Of a stretch of 64,000 bases of DNA, positions 19,874 through 30,282 are shown piece by piece (position 1 is the first letter of the stretch; each line of letters opens with the position of its first letter). Position numbers and translations under genes: made by a program. The notes under the pieces are model-generated. The model saw only the letters and a list, made by a program, of their open reading frames with translations, made no database searches and was not told the DNA's origin. Source of the DNA: Cytophagaceae bacterium ABcell3 (GTDB lineage Bacteria; Bacteroidota; Bacteroidia; Cytophagales; Cytophagaceae); the NCBI GenBank assembly GCA_030913385.1, contig CP133159.1, forward strand, positions 640,584 through 704,583. The letters are read 5' to 3'.

Positions 19874-20422
19874 TTAACTTACATACTGTACTGTCTGTCT
19901 GATAGGAAATCTTTTGAAAATCTTATGAACGGTTTTAGAAATATTTCTTCCTGTAAACGTTCTGCTGTCTACTACATCTGAATAGGTGCCGCTCCAAACA
20001 ATTTTATTTGTTTTCTGGTCTATAGCATTGATAGTGATAGTCGCATGTTGATAATGTATAGGGTATGTGTGATAACCTGCGACTCCCCAATGAGGCCCCC
20101 AGCCCCAACCCCACCATGGAGACATTCCCCATATAGGTTGCATGCCTACGGTTCTTCTTTTGTTGACTTTTACCTTGAAGTCCAACAAAAGATCTGGATT
20201 TATGCTGTCGCCCCTAAATCCGCGGTTATGCATTTCCCTATTAGCGGCATGGTGTATGTTTCCGTGAAGTATCGAACGAGGTTCCCCGTCATCTTCATGT
20301 TTGATCCATGCGTAAGTACGATAGTTTGTAAAATCTGCTCCAGCAACTTTGTCGGAATAGATGTTTCTGTTACATGCTCCTAATATTGGGATCAGTAGCA
20401 GTAAAAAATATAGCTTTTTCAT
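19874..20422 (-). CDS. Trp-rich lipoprotein, hypothetical
   Basis: MKKLYFLLLLIPILGACN lipobox; contains WWGWGWGPHWG. Confidence 0.55.
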   Translation of the reverse strand: MKKLYFLLLLIPILGACNRNIYSDKVAGADFTNYRTYAWIKHEDDGEPRSILHGNIHHAANREMHNRGFRGDSINPDLLLDFKVKVNKRRTVGMQPIWGMSPWWGWGWGPHWGVAGYHTYPIHYQHATITINAIDQKTNKIVWSGTYSDVVDSRTFTGRNISKTVHKIFKRFPIRQTVQYVS

Positions 20423-20475
20423 TTGATGCAGTTGTTGACTTTTGAGAATTAACGTTAATGGGTGTGGGATTGGTT

Positions 20476-20660
20476 CTTTAAGCGCATTAAAAATGCATTA
20501 AAATAAGCGGGTTTAGGGGTTTATGTTCTCTAGGGTATTACTTGTTGGTGAAAAACACCAACAAGGGGGGGGGCTTTATGCTCATTAAAAATGCATTAAA
20601 ATAAGTGGCCGGGGTTTATATTACTTGTTGGTGAAAAACACCAACAAGAGGGGGAGGGGA
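20476..20660 (+). repeat. Two tandem units of a palindromic-hairpin repeat (TTGTTGGTGAAAAACACCAACAA followed by a G-run)
   Basis: Units at 20476..20572 and 20581..20660 share ATTAAAAATGCATTAAAATAAG...TTACTTGTTGGTGAAAAACACCAACAAGRGGGGG. Confidence 0.8.
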
Positions 20661-20775
20661 AAGCGGGGTAAAAAAGAAGTGCCTACGCTGGGGCAAGTTT
20701 TTTTTTAATTGAAATAGCCTTGACATAAAGCATGTCAAGGCTGTGGGTTATGTTCTAAGAGATGATTGTTGTTGT

Positions 20776-21000
20776 TTAATCCCCCTTATTTATCTTCTTG
20801 TCAGAAACAGGGCCTGAACCATATTTATAATGATCACCTCCTCCTTTGTTCTTATTTTTGGCACCGGCTGCGTTTGACACATCTCCTGGGTTGCCAGCTT
20901 CTTCTCTATATTTTTTCTTTTTGACCATGTCTATTTTTTCCATGCCTGCTCCCGGTGCATGTGACGGACGGTTCTGGTTTTCTTTATTTTTAGTTCCCAT
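20776..21000 (-). CDS. Small Lys/Gly-rich hydrophilic protein (possibly a KGG-type stress protein)
   Basis: 74 aa, very basic and hydrophilic, with a GAKNKNKGGGDHYKYGSG segment. Confidence 0.3.
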   Translation of the reverse strand: MGTKNKENQNRPSHAPGAGMEKIDMVKKKKYREEAGNPGDVSNAAGAKNKNKGGGDHYKYGSGPVSDKKINKGD

Positions 21001-21140
21001 AATATATCGGTTTTTTAATCTTTATTTCATAAACATGAATTTTTTGTCTTATTGTTCATAGGCTGCTGTAGGTATGGTTAGGAGGTCGTTAAGAGAACGC
21101 AAAAGCTTCTCTTGTTGTTTTTATTTAAAAGCGGAAGACT

Positions 21141-21755
21141 ATGAAGGTGGATGAAAAGTTGAAAGAAGTTGTAGAAAGGGAAAGCCAGGTTTTACAGGGG
21201 GAAGAAGGGAGAAGCGCTATATATTATAGCAGGAAAGCCTTTGATTATGCAGAAGAGGCGGAAGAAGCCTATAGGCAAGCCGTTGATAAGTTATTTGATG
21301 TTAACGGTTGGAGTGATATAGGTGGACTTACTACGGCCAAATTTTCTTTGTATGACCCAGATGGTAAACCTACAGATCATTTAGAGCTAGGATGTTTTGT
21401 TAAAGTTGAACTGCCTGGCCCTTTTCCTGAAAACTGGGTTAGGGTAAATGAGGTTTACGAAGAGGATTTTGTCGCAGAGTTTAAAGTACACCCTTCGCAC
21501 AGTCCTCTAAATAAAGAGCATCAGGAAGTGGTAGATCATTTTTTTACGAGTGATGCAAGCAGTTCTTTTCGTGTTACATTGAAAGAGAAGCTACTTTCTG
21601 CCTATGAAATTGGAAGGGACGAATATATCAACAACCGTGACGAAGAGTCCGGAGACAGGAAAGTTACCAATACACTTATTTCTGAGGGTGGCTGGATGGC
21701 TTTCCAGAAAATTCAATGGCAGAGCTTAACGGATTATTTGGTAGGAGAATCTTAA
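21141..21755 (+). CDS. Hypothetical protein
   Basis: A 204-aa ORF followed by an intrinsic terminator. Confidence 0.45.
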   Translation: MKVDEKLKEVVERESQVLQGEEGRSAIYYSRKAFDYAEEAEEAYRQAVDKLFDVNGWSDIGGLTTAKFSLYDPDGKPTDHLELGCFVKVELPGPFPENWVRVNEVYEEDFVAEFKVHPSHSPLNKEHQEVVDHFFTSDASSSFRVTLKEKLLSAYEIGRDEYINNRDEESGDRKVTNTLISEGGWMAFQKIQWQSLTDYLVGES

Positions 21756-21783
21756 TAAAACCTTAAACTTGTGTAGCATGAGG

Positions 21784-21806
21784 AGGGGATTTCCCTCTTT
21801 TTTTAA
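21784..21806 (+). terminator. Rho-independent terminator
   Basis: GAGGGGATTTCCCTCTTTTTTT. Confidence 0.7.
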
Positions 21807-22082
21807 TGTGTTTTTGTGTAAAGAGTTGTTTACGCCAATAGAGGTTAATGGACACTTGCTTTTTGGCTTAGGGATAGAAGCGGCACCCCGCAGTCCCGAC
21901 GATAGGAGGGCGAGGAGTATAGCGGATAGCCCGACCGAAGGGAAGCCCCTAAATCTATTCTTTTTATAGTACTTTGGAGAATATTTGTCTTTAATTGCAG
22001 AAATATCCTACTGGGACTATTCTGTTAACAGAAAAACTCATAATTTTGAATATTAAATGCTATTCATCAAAACAAGATAAAA

Positions 22083-23576
22083 ATGGCCCGCTTCTTAAAT
22101 GATATTTCCAGAACGTTTAGCGAATATTTGTTGATACCTGGTTTGACCACAAAGGAATGTATTCCAGATAATGTGTCTCTGAAAACACCTGTAGTGAAGT
22201 ATAAGAAGGGAGAAGAACCTCCGATTCAGTTAAATATTCCATTTGTGTCGGCCATCATGCAATCGGTGTCTGATGACCAAATGGCCATTGCGCTAGCAAG
22301 GAACGGGGGGATGTCGTTTGTGTATGGCTCACAAACCATAGAGCGGCAGGCAGAAATGGTTAGGAGGGTCAAAAAGTTTAAGGCAGGATTTGTAATTAGT
22401 GATGCCAATTTGACCCCTGAGCATACACTAAAGGATGTGGTGGCGCTGAAAGCGAAAACCGGCTACTCTACGGTAGGTATTACGGAAGACGGATCCTCGC
22501 ATGGAAAGCTGCTGGGTATTGTTACGAGCAGAGACTATAGAGAGGGACGGGACAAGCCAGATAAGAAAATCAAAGATTTTATGACGCCTTTTTCACGTCT
22601 GGTTTACGGCAAGTTGGGTATGACGCTTCGTGAAGCAAATGACTTGATCTGGGATAATAAACTGAACAGTATACCTATTATTGATGATAAACAAAATTTA
22701 AGGTACTTGGTGTTCAGAAAGGACTATGAAAATCATAAAGAACACCCTCTTGAGCTTTCTGATAGCAATAAGAAACTGATGGTTGGTGCTGGTATCAATA
22801 CCAGAGATTATGAAGAAAGGGTTGCTGCTTTAATAGAGGCGGGAGCCGATGTGCTGTGTGTTGATTCTTCTGATGGGTTTTCGGAATATCAGAGTGAAAC
22901 CATAAAGTATATTAAAGAAAAATATGGCGAAGAGGTAAAGATAGGCGGTGGTAATGTAGTAGACAAAGAAGGTTTTCTTTATCTGGTAGAAGCTGGTGCG
23001 GATTTTATAAAAGTTGGTATCGGAGGGGGGTCCATATGTATTACAAGGGAACAAAAAGGTATTGGAAGAGGGCAGGCTACGGCTATTGTGGAAGTTGCTC
23101 AAGCAAGGGATGAGTATTTCAAGGAAACAGGTATCTATGTTCCACTTTGTAGTGATGGGGGTATTGTTCAGGACTACCACATGGTGCTTGCCCTTGCTAT
23201 GGGTGCTGATTTCTTAATGATGGGCCGCTATTTTGCGCGTTTTGACGAGAGCCCAACTAAAAAATTAAAAGTCGGTAATAATTATGTAAAAGAATACTGG
23301 GGTGAGGGATCGAACCGTGCCCGTAACTGGCAGCGCTATGATGCAGGGGGAAAAGAAGGTCTTAAATTTGAGGAGGGCGTGGATAGCTACGTACCTTACG
23401 CAGGTAAACTTAAAGATAACCTTGATATTACCTTAGGAAAAATTAAATCTACTATGTGCAGTTGCGGTGCTATCACAATTCCCGAACTGCAGGAAAAAGC
23501 AAAAATAACCTTAGTTTCGTCTACATCTATTATTGAAGGCGGGGCACATGATGTGATTTTGAAGGATAATATTTGA
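22083..23576 (+). CDS. IMP dehydrogenase family protein (IMPDH/GMPR fold with CBS pair)
   Basis: [13 protein letters not shown] catalytic-Cys loop, a CBS region and [24 protein letters not shown]. The N-terminus is divergent. Confidence 0.7.
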   Translation: MARFLNDISRTFSEYLLIPGLTTKECIPDNVSLKTPVVKYKKGEEPPIQLNIPFVSAIMQSVSDDQMAIALARNGGMSFVYGSQTIERQAEMVRRVKKFKAGFVISDANLTPEHTLKDVVALKAKTGYSTVGITEDGSSHGKLLGIVTSRDYREGRDKPDKKIKDFMTPFSRLVYGKLGMTLREANDLIWDNKLNSIPIIDDKQNLRYLVFRKDYENHKEHPLELSDSNKKLMVGAGINTRDYEERVAALIEAGADVLCVDSSDGFSEYQSETIKYIKEKYGEEVKIGGGNVVDKEGFLYLVEAGADFIKVGIGGGSICITREQKGIGRGQATAIVEVAQARDEYFKETGIYVPLCSDGGIVQDYHMVLALAMGADFLMMGRYFARFDESPTKKLKVGNNYVKEYWGEGSNRARNWQRYDAGGKEGLKFEEGVDSYVPYAGKLKDNLDITLGKIKSTMCSCGAITIPELQEKAKITLVSSTSIIEGGAHDVILKDNI

Positions 23577-23740
23577 TAGAGTTTATTACTATAAGTGATT
23601 TAAAAGCCTCTGGAAGTATTCAGGGGCTTTTTTGTTACGATAAAAAATGCGGTGGAGTAACAATTTGATATTGCTTGCGGTATGGTGGAGAGTTTACTTT
23701 TCTTGTAAAGGTATTTTTTTGTAACAATTCATATAGCCAT

Positions 23741-24091
23741 ATGAAGCATTTAATAATTCTATTTTTTGTGTTTGTCCTAGTAAGCTGTAAGAAAGAAGGT
23801 GTAGTGGAAAGGGGCACTGGTGGCCATGCCGTTGTTTATGCAGGAGAAACATATCGTTATGCCACAGGAGTTGTAGGGGAAGGTGATGCTATGCGTATTG
23901 TAGAGCAGGCAGAGCATTATGAGATCAGTGAAGTTAGAATAGAGGACAATGAAGCCGTATATTATTATAAACCGGCTGCGGGATTTTCTGGCGAAGAGAA
24001 AATGGTGTTCGAAGTTATTAGATGGGAAGGCTCTACTAAGATCTATCACAGCTTTTTTATTACCATAGAAGTTAAAGAAGAGGAAGACTAA
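23741..24091 (+). CDS. Lipoprotein, hypothetical
   Basis: MKHLIILFFVFVLVSCKK lipobox; internal Met start of the ORF at 23675. Confidence 0.5.
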   Translation: MKHLIILFFVFVLVSCKKEGVVERGTGGHAVVYAGETYRYATGVVGEGDAMRIVEQAEHYEISEVRIEDNEAVYYYKPAAGFSGEEKMVFEVIRWEGSTKIYHSFFITIEVKEEED

Positions 24092-24228
24092 TGTATATGG
24101 TATATATGGCAATACTGGTTTACTAAAGTTGATTTTGTTTTGAGGCTTTATGTGATCTGGTTTATTGAAAATGTATTAGTAGTAGGTTCTATAAGCCTCT
24201 AGATTAATTCTGGGGCTTAAAAAAAGGC

Positions 24229-24264
24229 TTCTTTAGTATAAGAAGCCTTTTTTTGATAGGTAAA
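24229..24264. terminator. Bidirectional terminator
   Basis: AAAAAAAGGCTTCTTTAGTATAAGAAGCCTTTTTTTG, between convergent genes. Confidence 0.8.
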
Positions 24265-24285
24265 CTGTTGAAAAAATAAACCTTT

Positions 24286-24606
24286 TTACTCTTCCTGTTC
24301 GGCCATAAGCTTAAAGCGCATGCCGTTCAGTTCTGGAGATATGCGGATTTGACAGGACAGGCGGCTATCAGGACTTGCATCAGGCAAAGTGTCCAACATG
24401 TCCAGCTCCTCATCGCCAGGTTCTCCTAAGTCCCCTGCGCCCTGTGCCTCCACATGACAAGTGGCACACAAAGCCATGCCTCCGCAGGTGGCCAAAATAT
24501 TATATTCTGAGGCCTTTAATACTTCCATCAGGCTCAGGTTTATATCTTCTGGGACTTCTACATTCTGGACGTTTCCGTCTCTGTCTTCTACTTCAAAAGT
24601 GATCAT
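24286..24606 (-). CDS. 2Fe-2S ferredoxin (adrenodoxin type)
   Basis: CGGMALCATCHV cluster-binding motif plus a fourth Cys. Confidence 0.85.
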   Translation of the reverse strand: MITFEVEDRDGNVQNVEVPEDINLSLMEVLKASEYNILATCGGMALCATCHVEAQGAGDLGEPGDEELDMLDTLPDASPDSRLSCQIRISPELNGMRFKLMAEQEE

Positions 24607-24617
24607 ATTGCCTGGTT

Positions 24618-25622
24618 TTAGAATGTATTGACACCGTTTACTGTTGTGTATTTAAAACTCAGTTTTTTGTCAGGGTAAACAAATTTAAAGGCACTCTGAG
24701 CCATTAGAGCCGCCTCATGGAAACCACATAGGATCAATTTCAGTTTGCCCGGATAGGTGTTGATGTCACCAATGGCAAACACGCCAGGAATGTTGGTGCT
24801 ATAGTCAAAAGTGTCTACCTCAATGGCGCACTTGTCAATGTTCAGCCCCCAGTCGGCCATAGGGCCTAATTTAGGGCTTAAACCAAACAGCGGGATGAGG
24901 TGGTCTGCCTGCAATTCTTTTATCGCTTTGTCTTTGCCTACCACTGAAACAGAGCTCAAAACACCGTTACCGTCCAACGCTTTTAGGTTGCTGCTTAGCA
25001 GCAGGTCAATTTTTCCTGATTTTGCTAACTCAAATACTTTTTCAGCAGAGTCTGGTGCGCCACGGAAGGTTTCGTTTCTGTGAATAAGCGTTACTTTTTC
25101 TGCCACATCAGAAAGGAAAATTGTCCAGTCTAGTGCAGAGTCGCCGCCTCCTGCGATTACTAGCTTTTTGTTTCTGTACTGCTCCGGATCTTTAACCATG
25201 TACGAAACACCTTTGCCTTCAAACCTGTCCAAGTTTTCAATGGCTGGCTTTCTTGGTTCAAAGCACCCAAGCCCTGCGGCTATTACCACTACTTTTGTAT
25301 GGATAGTGGTATTGTCAGAAGTAGTTAGTATGAAGGAACCATCTTCTTGCTTTTCCAGCGCGTTTACCCTTTCTCCTAGGGTGAAAGTCGGTTTAAATGG
25401 TTCGATCTGTTTCATCAGATTGTCTACTAACTCCTGCGCCTTTACTTCTGGAAAACCAGGGATGTCGTAGATAGGCTTTTTAGGGTATATTTCAGAAAGC
25501 TGACCACCCACTTGTGGAAGGACATCTACCAAATGGCAGCGCATTTTCAGAAGCCCTGCTTCAAACACGGCAAATAAACCAACGGGGCCAGCCCCTATTA
25601 TGCATATATCTGTAGTTATCAT
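24618..25622 (-). CDS. Ferredoxin-NADP+ reductase, thioredoxin-reductase-like (YumC type)
   Basis: DICIIGAGPVGLFA...LPQVGGQLSEIYPKKPIYDIPGFP, and GGGDSALDW. Confidence 0.9.
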   Translation of the reverse strand: MITTDICIIGAGPVGLFAVFEAGLLKMRCHLVDVLPQVGGQLSEIYPKKPIYDIPGFPEVKAQELVDNLMKQIEPFKPTFTLGERVNALEKQEDGSFILTTSDNTTIHTKVVVIAAGLGCFEPRKPAIENLDRFEGKGVSYMVKDPEQYRNKKLVIAGGGDSALDWTIFLSDVAEKVTLIHRNETFRGAPDSAEKVFELAKSGKIDLLLSSNLKALDGNGVLSSVSVVGKDKAIKELQADHLIPLFGLSPKLGPMADWGLNIDKCAIEVDTFDYSTNIPGVFAIGDINTYPGKLKLILCGFHEAALMAQSAFKFVYPDKKLSFKYTTVNGVNTF

Positions 25623-25943
25623 TTTTTATAGGAGTTTGTTCTAAAAAAAGAAAGTGTTTAAAAATTGACGCTATACCTTAGGGTCTCAACATATAGAACA
25701 ACAACAATAGCCGAATAGATTCCTATACTCGTTAATGAATATACCTGCAGGGTAGCGGGATTTGAGGCTCCCTGCTTTTGTTAGTGGCAAATCTTTCATG
25801 TTCGGAATTTTGTTTTGTTGATGTGTAAATTTACAAATAATGTTTTGTATATGCAATAATATTCCACATTGTTCAAAATAAAATTTCGCCTATGAGGTTC
25901 CGGTGATTTTATTTGATCCATTTGTCTTGATTGGGCAATTTTT

Positions 25944-27545
25944 TTGGAGTGGTTTGGAAAAACTATTTGTGGGCGTTGCGGTTATGAAGTTATTGTCTTC
26001 GACAGGAATGAGGAAAAACAGATTTTTATGTATTCTGAAGAAAATTTTAAGCATTTTTTAGAATTTGGCCCTGATGCAATAATAATTATTGACGGTAGTG
26101 GTGAAATAGTATTGGTTAATCAACAAACTGAAAACCTTTTTCAGTACTCGAGAGAAGAGCTGCTTGGGCAAAAAATTGAAACCCTTATTCCCAAAAATGT
26201 CCATGAGAAACACGTAGAAGAGAGAAATGTATACATAAATAACCCAGTAATAAGGCCGATGGGACATCCTGGTCGTAATCTGGTCGGCAGGAAAAAAGAT
26301 GGCTCAGAGGTGAAGGTTGAAATTAGTTTGAGTCCAGTACATGTTAAGGGGGGCGCACTTTTTATAATTTCTACCATTCGGGATGTGTCTGAAAGGTTTA
26401 AGATGGAAAAAAAGCTGGTAGAAGCGCAAAATATGTTTGAAAAGATATTTGAATCTTCTCTTCATGGTATTATAAAACTTAAAAGTGTCCGTGATCAGGA
26501 TGGGAATATAGTTGATTTTACTTATCAGTTGGTTAATAAAGCCTCTGAAGCGCATATAAAGAGGAAAAGAGAAGATGTTTTAGGGAAGAAGATTGGTGAA
26601 CTCTTCCCTTTATTAAAAGAAAATGGGGTTTTTGATGCTTATGTTGAAACCGTTAAGACTGGTGTATCCCGCACTGTCGAGTTTTTGTATGATAAAAATG
26701 AAATCAATGCATGGTTTAAATCAAATATCATTAAAGAAGGTGATGGGGTTATTGCTTCATTTGATGATGTAACAGCAAGAAAGGAGTATCAGCAGAATCT
26801 TGAAAAAATAAACCATGAACTTGAGGAAAGGGTAAAAGATAGGACAAAGGAGCTTTCCAAAACGAACGAAAAACTTATTTATGTGAATCAAAAACTTGAC
26901 AAATATGCCTACCTTATTTCTCACGATCTAAAAGCTCCTTTAAGTAATATAGAAGGTTTGGCAAGTATGGTCAAAGCAGACTATCAAGGAAAAGCACTCG
27001 ACCAAGAAGGGGTAGAGATGCTAGGAATGATGGAAGCTAAGGTTCATGATATGAAAGACATTATAACTAACCTGCTTCAGGCGGCGAAGGATGAGATTAA
27101 GGACAAAGAGCTGGTAGACTTGTATCAAGAAGCGCAAAAGGCTGTACGGACGCTTGACCCTCCACCTCATTTCCATATTTTTATTCAGCATAACTTGCCT
27201 GTTGTAAAGTACCAGAAGAGTTCTATTGTTCAAATTTTTCAGAATCTTATTGGTAATTCTATAAAATACATGGACAAGAAGTCTCCTTTAATTACTGTCT
27301 CTTGTAAAGAAGCTGAAGCTTATTATATGATATGCGTGACTGATAATGGGTCAGGGATTCCCGAGGACAAACTTCCTAAAGTCTTTGAACTTTTTGAGAA
27401 AGCGCATGAAGGTCAGGTGAAGGATAGTCATGGTATTGGCCTGTCGATTGTAAAACAGCTTGTGGAGCAAAATGGGGGAGAAGTTTGGGTAGAAAGTGTT
27501 TATGGGAATGAAACAAAGTTTCATTTTTCAATTCCTAAAAGGTAG
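25944..27545 (+). CDS. PAS-domain sensor histidine kinase
   Basis: Two PAS-like regions, an H-box YAYLISHDLKAPLSNIEG, and an HATPase_c with DNGSGIP and GIGLSIV. Confidence 0.85.
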   Translation: MEWFGKTICGRCGYEVIVFDRNEEKQIFMYSEENFKHFLEFGPDAIIIIDGSGEIVLVNQQTENLFQYSREELLGQKIETLIPKNVHEKHVEERNVYINNPVIRPMGHPGRNLVGRKKDGSEVKVEISLSPVHVKGGALFIISTIRDVSERFKMEKKLVEAQNMFEKIFESSLHGIIKLKSVRDQDGNIVDFTYQLVNKASEAHIKRKREDVLGKKIGELFPLLKENGVFDAYVETVKTGVSRTVEFLYDKNEINAWFKSNIIKEGDGVIASFDDVTARKEYQQNLEKINHELEERVKDRTKELSKTNEKLIYVNQKLDKYAYLISHDLKAPLSNIEGLASMVKADYQGKALDQEGVEMLGMMEAKVHDMKDIITNLLQAAKDEIKDKELVDLYQEAQKAVRTLDPPPHFHIFIQHNLPVVKYQKSSIVQIFQNLIGNSIKYMDKKSPLITVSCKEAEAYYMICVTDNGSGIPEDKLPKVFELFEKAHEGQVKDSHGIGLSIVKQLVEQNGGEVWVESVYGNETKFHFSIPKR

Positions 27546-27554
27546 ATAAGGCTG

Positions 27555-27675
27555 GGTATGTTAACCTGAATAACTTCAAATCAGTCGCGTCTTTCACATT
27601 TTATCTTAACCATAGCGTTGCTATGCTTTGCGACCTCAAAGTGCTGACCTCTTGTTGTTTTGCTCCTAATGATGA
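27555..27675 (-). repeat. MITE-like repeat, degenerate copy D
   Basis: TTAACCTGAATAACTTCAAATCAGTCGCG...CATAGCGTTGCTATGCTTTGC aligns with copy B. Confidence 0.55.
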
Positions 27676-27745
27676 AATTTATCGGCACAACTTAGGCTAA
27701 AGGAATAAAAAAGGAGCCAGTGATTAGCTCCTTTATCTGCTTTGT

Positions 27746-28657
27746 CTACCCATGCTTGATCACCTTGTGATGGCGGTGCTTGTGCCCAGGTTCCCATATT
27801 ATACGGGTAAACATACTCATTCGTTCGTTTTCTCTGAAAGCAGGAATGCCAGCAACGATACCTATTAGGAAGTTGTCCGTAATTCCCAACCTCATTTGTG
27901 GCCTTATGGTCATATCAAAGTCGCCTGGTTGCCAAATCTTATTAAACTCTATACCAATAAAGTTTCTAGTTCCAGGCAACATATAATGTAAGTTCGTATT
28001 TACATGATAATGAGCATGTAGGTGCGGGTCGCCAAAGTGTTGATAGACCATTGGGCCTGTGTACACAAGCGTATGGTAATTCATGCCCCAACGTTTTGCT
28101 GCAATGAAAAACGGGTTATAAACATTGCCGGTGAGCAGTGGATTGCCAAACTCACGAAATGTGTTAAATTCGACCTCGTTAATATACCCTAAAGCCATTG
28201 AGGTCTTCCATTTTTCATTCACTAAAAAAGTCCATTGAACAGCCGTTTTAAGCCCGTTGATTTTGGACCCAGGGGCGTCACTTGCCCTTTGCCCGTTTTT
28301 GTATGAGCCGATAATGGTAAATGGCACTTCTATTTCAAAACCCACTCGGTCAAAAGGCGCCCATTCATATTCTACGAGTGCTTCATATTCGTCGTAAGAA
28401 ACATTATCTGTCATACCAAAGGCCACGTTCCATTCCTTTTCACCTTTGCGTGCGCCCAGGTCACGAATAAGGTCTATGTAAAGAGGCTCGGCATGCAGTA
28501 TTTTGGCCGGTTCTTTTCTTTCTTCTACTTCGTAAATGTATAGACTGTCTACTATTCTACTGTCCAAATAAACAGTATCGGATTGGGCTATAGCTGCTGC
28601 ACTGCATAAGCTTAGCAAAGTGCCTAGGATGCACTTTTTTACATTGTTGCCCCTCAT
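27746..28657 (-). CDS. Secreted / outer-membrane protein, hypothetical
   Basis: N-terminal signal peptide ending ...SAAAIAQS, with Gly/aromatic-rich beta-strand-like content. Confidence 0.45.
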   Translation of the reverse strand: MRGNNVKKCILGTLLSLCSAAAIAQSDTVYLDSRIVDSLYIYEVEERKEPAKILHAEPLYIDLIRDLGARKGEKEWNVAFGMTDNVSYDEYEALVEYEWAPFDRVGFEIEVPFTIIGSYKNGQRASDAPGSKINGLKTAVQWTFLVNEKWKTSMALGYINEVEFNTFREFGNPLLTGNVYNPFFIAAKRWGMNYHTLVYTGPMVYQHFGDPHLHAHYHVNTNLHYMLPGTRNFIGIEFNKIWQPGDFDMTIRPQMRLGITDNFLIGIVAGIPAFRENERMSMFTRIIWEPGHKHRHHKVIKHG

Positions 28658-29100
28658 TGTGTTGGTTGCGTATCTATGGTGCTATGGTTTGTTAAAAATA
28701 CTTTTTTGTAGTAAAGCAGAAAGCTTTTGGGCAAGGAGGCGACTGCCTTTGTATGCCCGCATATACGGTTTCATTTTATTTTGAGATGGTGTTTTTTTTA
28801 AATGCTAACGCCGTTGTTTGATAATTTTGTTAAGCTAGTAAATATTTATTTTTTTATTGAAATTGTATAGTTGGATAGACGGTTTTAATAGAATTTTAAT
28901 TTCTATACTTTGTTTATCGTCAGTGGATTGCAAGGAAGAGCGTTGCTGTTAATGAATGGCTACTTTTAGGATTAATATGGGGTAGTTGTTGCTATAGTTT
29001 TAAAAAAGTAGAGCCCGTTTATATACGGACTCCGATAACATGTTTTTATTAGTTTTATGCGTAAAGTTTGGCTAAAGAGCCCTCTCGTTACCTAGTGGAC

Positions 29101-29340
29101 TTATAGGTCATGGCCGCCTATGGCTATAATGCGTAAGTTTTCAGCTTCGTACCCTGTTTCACGAAATATTTTTATAATCACATCAGGAGTAATTTCTTCT
29201 CCTGATACACTAAGGATGTTTTCTTCACTTTCCAAATCGAGCTTCCACTTGCTTATCAACTCCTCTTTGTCTAGCGCTGTTGATACTTTTGCAAGGTCTT
29301 TTTCATTGTCTATATTGGTCTTGAATTTCAATATATTCAT
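29101..29340 (-). CDS. Small HMA-like domain protein lacking CxxC
   Basis: MNILKFKTNI...GYEA has the ferredoxin-like HMA pattern but no metal-binding cysteines. Confidence 0.3.
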   Translation of the reverse strand: MNILKFKTNIDNEKDLAKVSTALDKEELISKWKLDLESEENILSVSGEEITPDVIIKIFRETGYEAENLRIIAIGGHDL

Positions 29341-29404
29341 AGTGATTAGTCTTTTTATATTAACCCTTTGCGTGAGGCAAATGTTAACGTTATTGTGGTA
29401 TTAT

Positions 29405-29590
29405 TAACAGCCCCCACCCCACCTCTTGTTGGTGTTTTCACCAACAAACCTTCCCGCAAAGGCTGCACCCAACATTTTAGCTATGAAAAGATGGGCAGCA
29501 TATAAAGCCCGAGCAAAAAGAGGGGAATGATTTCTTGCATTTAAAGCCATTAACGCCAACGGTGCAGCCATATATAATATTCCATAACCT
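29405..29590 (-). repeat. Palindromic-hairpin repeat unit (reverse orientation)
   Basis: CCCCCACCCCACCTCTTGTTGGTGTTTTCACCAACAA..., about 80% identical to 29715..29905. Confidence 0.75.
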
Positions 29591-29714
29591 CATTGTATAC
29601 TGTGGCCTTTTTGCCTATCTATTGAGGTGTTTTTGTTCCGCCCCTATCGGGGCTAAATGCTGATTTCAGACTCTTTCTACCGATATTCCGTCCCTATCGG
29701 GACTGGTAAAAGTT

Positions 29715-29905
29715 GTTTAATTTCCCTCCTCCCTCTTGTTGGTGTTTTCACCAACAAACCATCCCGCCTAGGCAGCACCCAACATTTTAGCTAATTAAGA
29801 TGGGCAACATATTAAGCCGAGCAGCAAAAAAAGGAAACATTTTCTGTCATTTAAAATCAATTATAGCGCCAACGGTGCGCAATATATAACAATGGGCAAT
29901 AGACA
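29715..29905 (-). repeat. Palindromic-hairpin repeat unit (reverse orientation)
   Basis: CCCTCCTCCCTCTTGTTGGTGTTTTCACCAACAAACCATCCCGC... Confidence 0.75.
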
Positions 29906-30282
29906 ACAGCCTTTTTAAAACCCCGAAGGGGCGCAATAAGAAAACGGTACCTTATAGGTAAAAATGGGGATATTATTTTCTTTAAGAATTTTCTTGGCAA
30001 CACCTATTTTGTCTATAATTATATTGTCCCTAAAAGGGCATTTAAGCTCCACTCCCCCCTTCAAGTGGTTATCAACCCTTGGAGGGGTTGAAAAAAGTTT
30101 TTTAGCTCAAAAAAATATTTTCTATTCCTGTTAAATTTTTTGAACAAAAGGTTTTGGTTGCCGTATAAATCATCGCTCAAAAGTTCGATTTGCCTTGCGT
30201 TACAGTAGGTCAACAAATAAAAATCCTCGTTCTGTTTGCGCATATTTTGCTTTTTATTAATTTAGGGCTTCTTTATTTAGCG

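Noticed and set aside
20476-20660. Tandem direct repeats with palindromic cores looked superficially like a small CRISPR array (also 29405..29905)
   Set aside because: Only two units per locus. Units are 95-185 bp, far longer than CRISPR repeats, with no repeat/spacer regularity and no cas genes. Interpreted as REP-like repeats.
21875-21960. Possible SRP (4.5S) RNA because of CCGAAGGGAAGC resembling the domain IV GGAAGGAAGC motif
   Set aside because: The complementary 3' strand of the helix 8 symmetric loop is absent and the overall length and pairing do not fit. Kept only as a low-interest structured-leader observation.
21769-21969. 66-aa ORF in the six-frame track
   Set aside because: It overlaps an intrinsic terminator and a GC-rich non-coding segment, with no start context. 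Likely non-coding leader of the IMPDH-family gene.
25737-25775. Imperfect hairpin CAGGGTAGCGGGATTTGAGGCTCCCTG followed by a T-run
   Set aside because: It lies in the 5' region of the minus-strand FNR gene with no upstream plus-strand gene to terminate. The stem is bulged, so not annotated.
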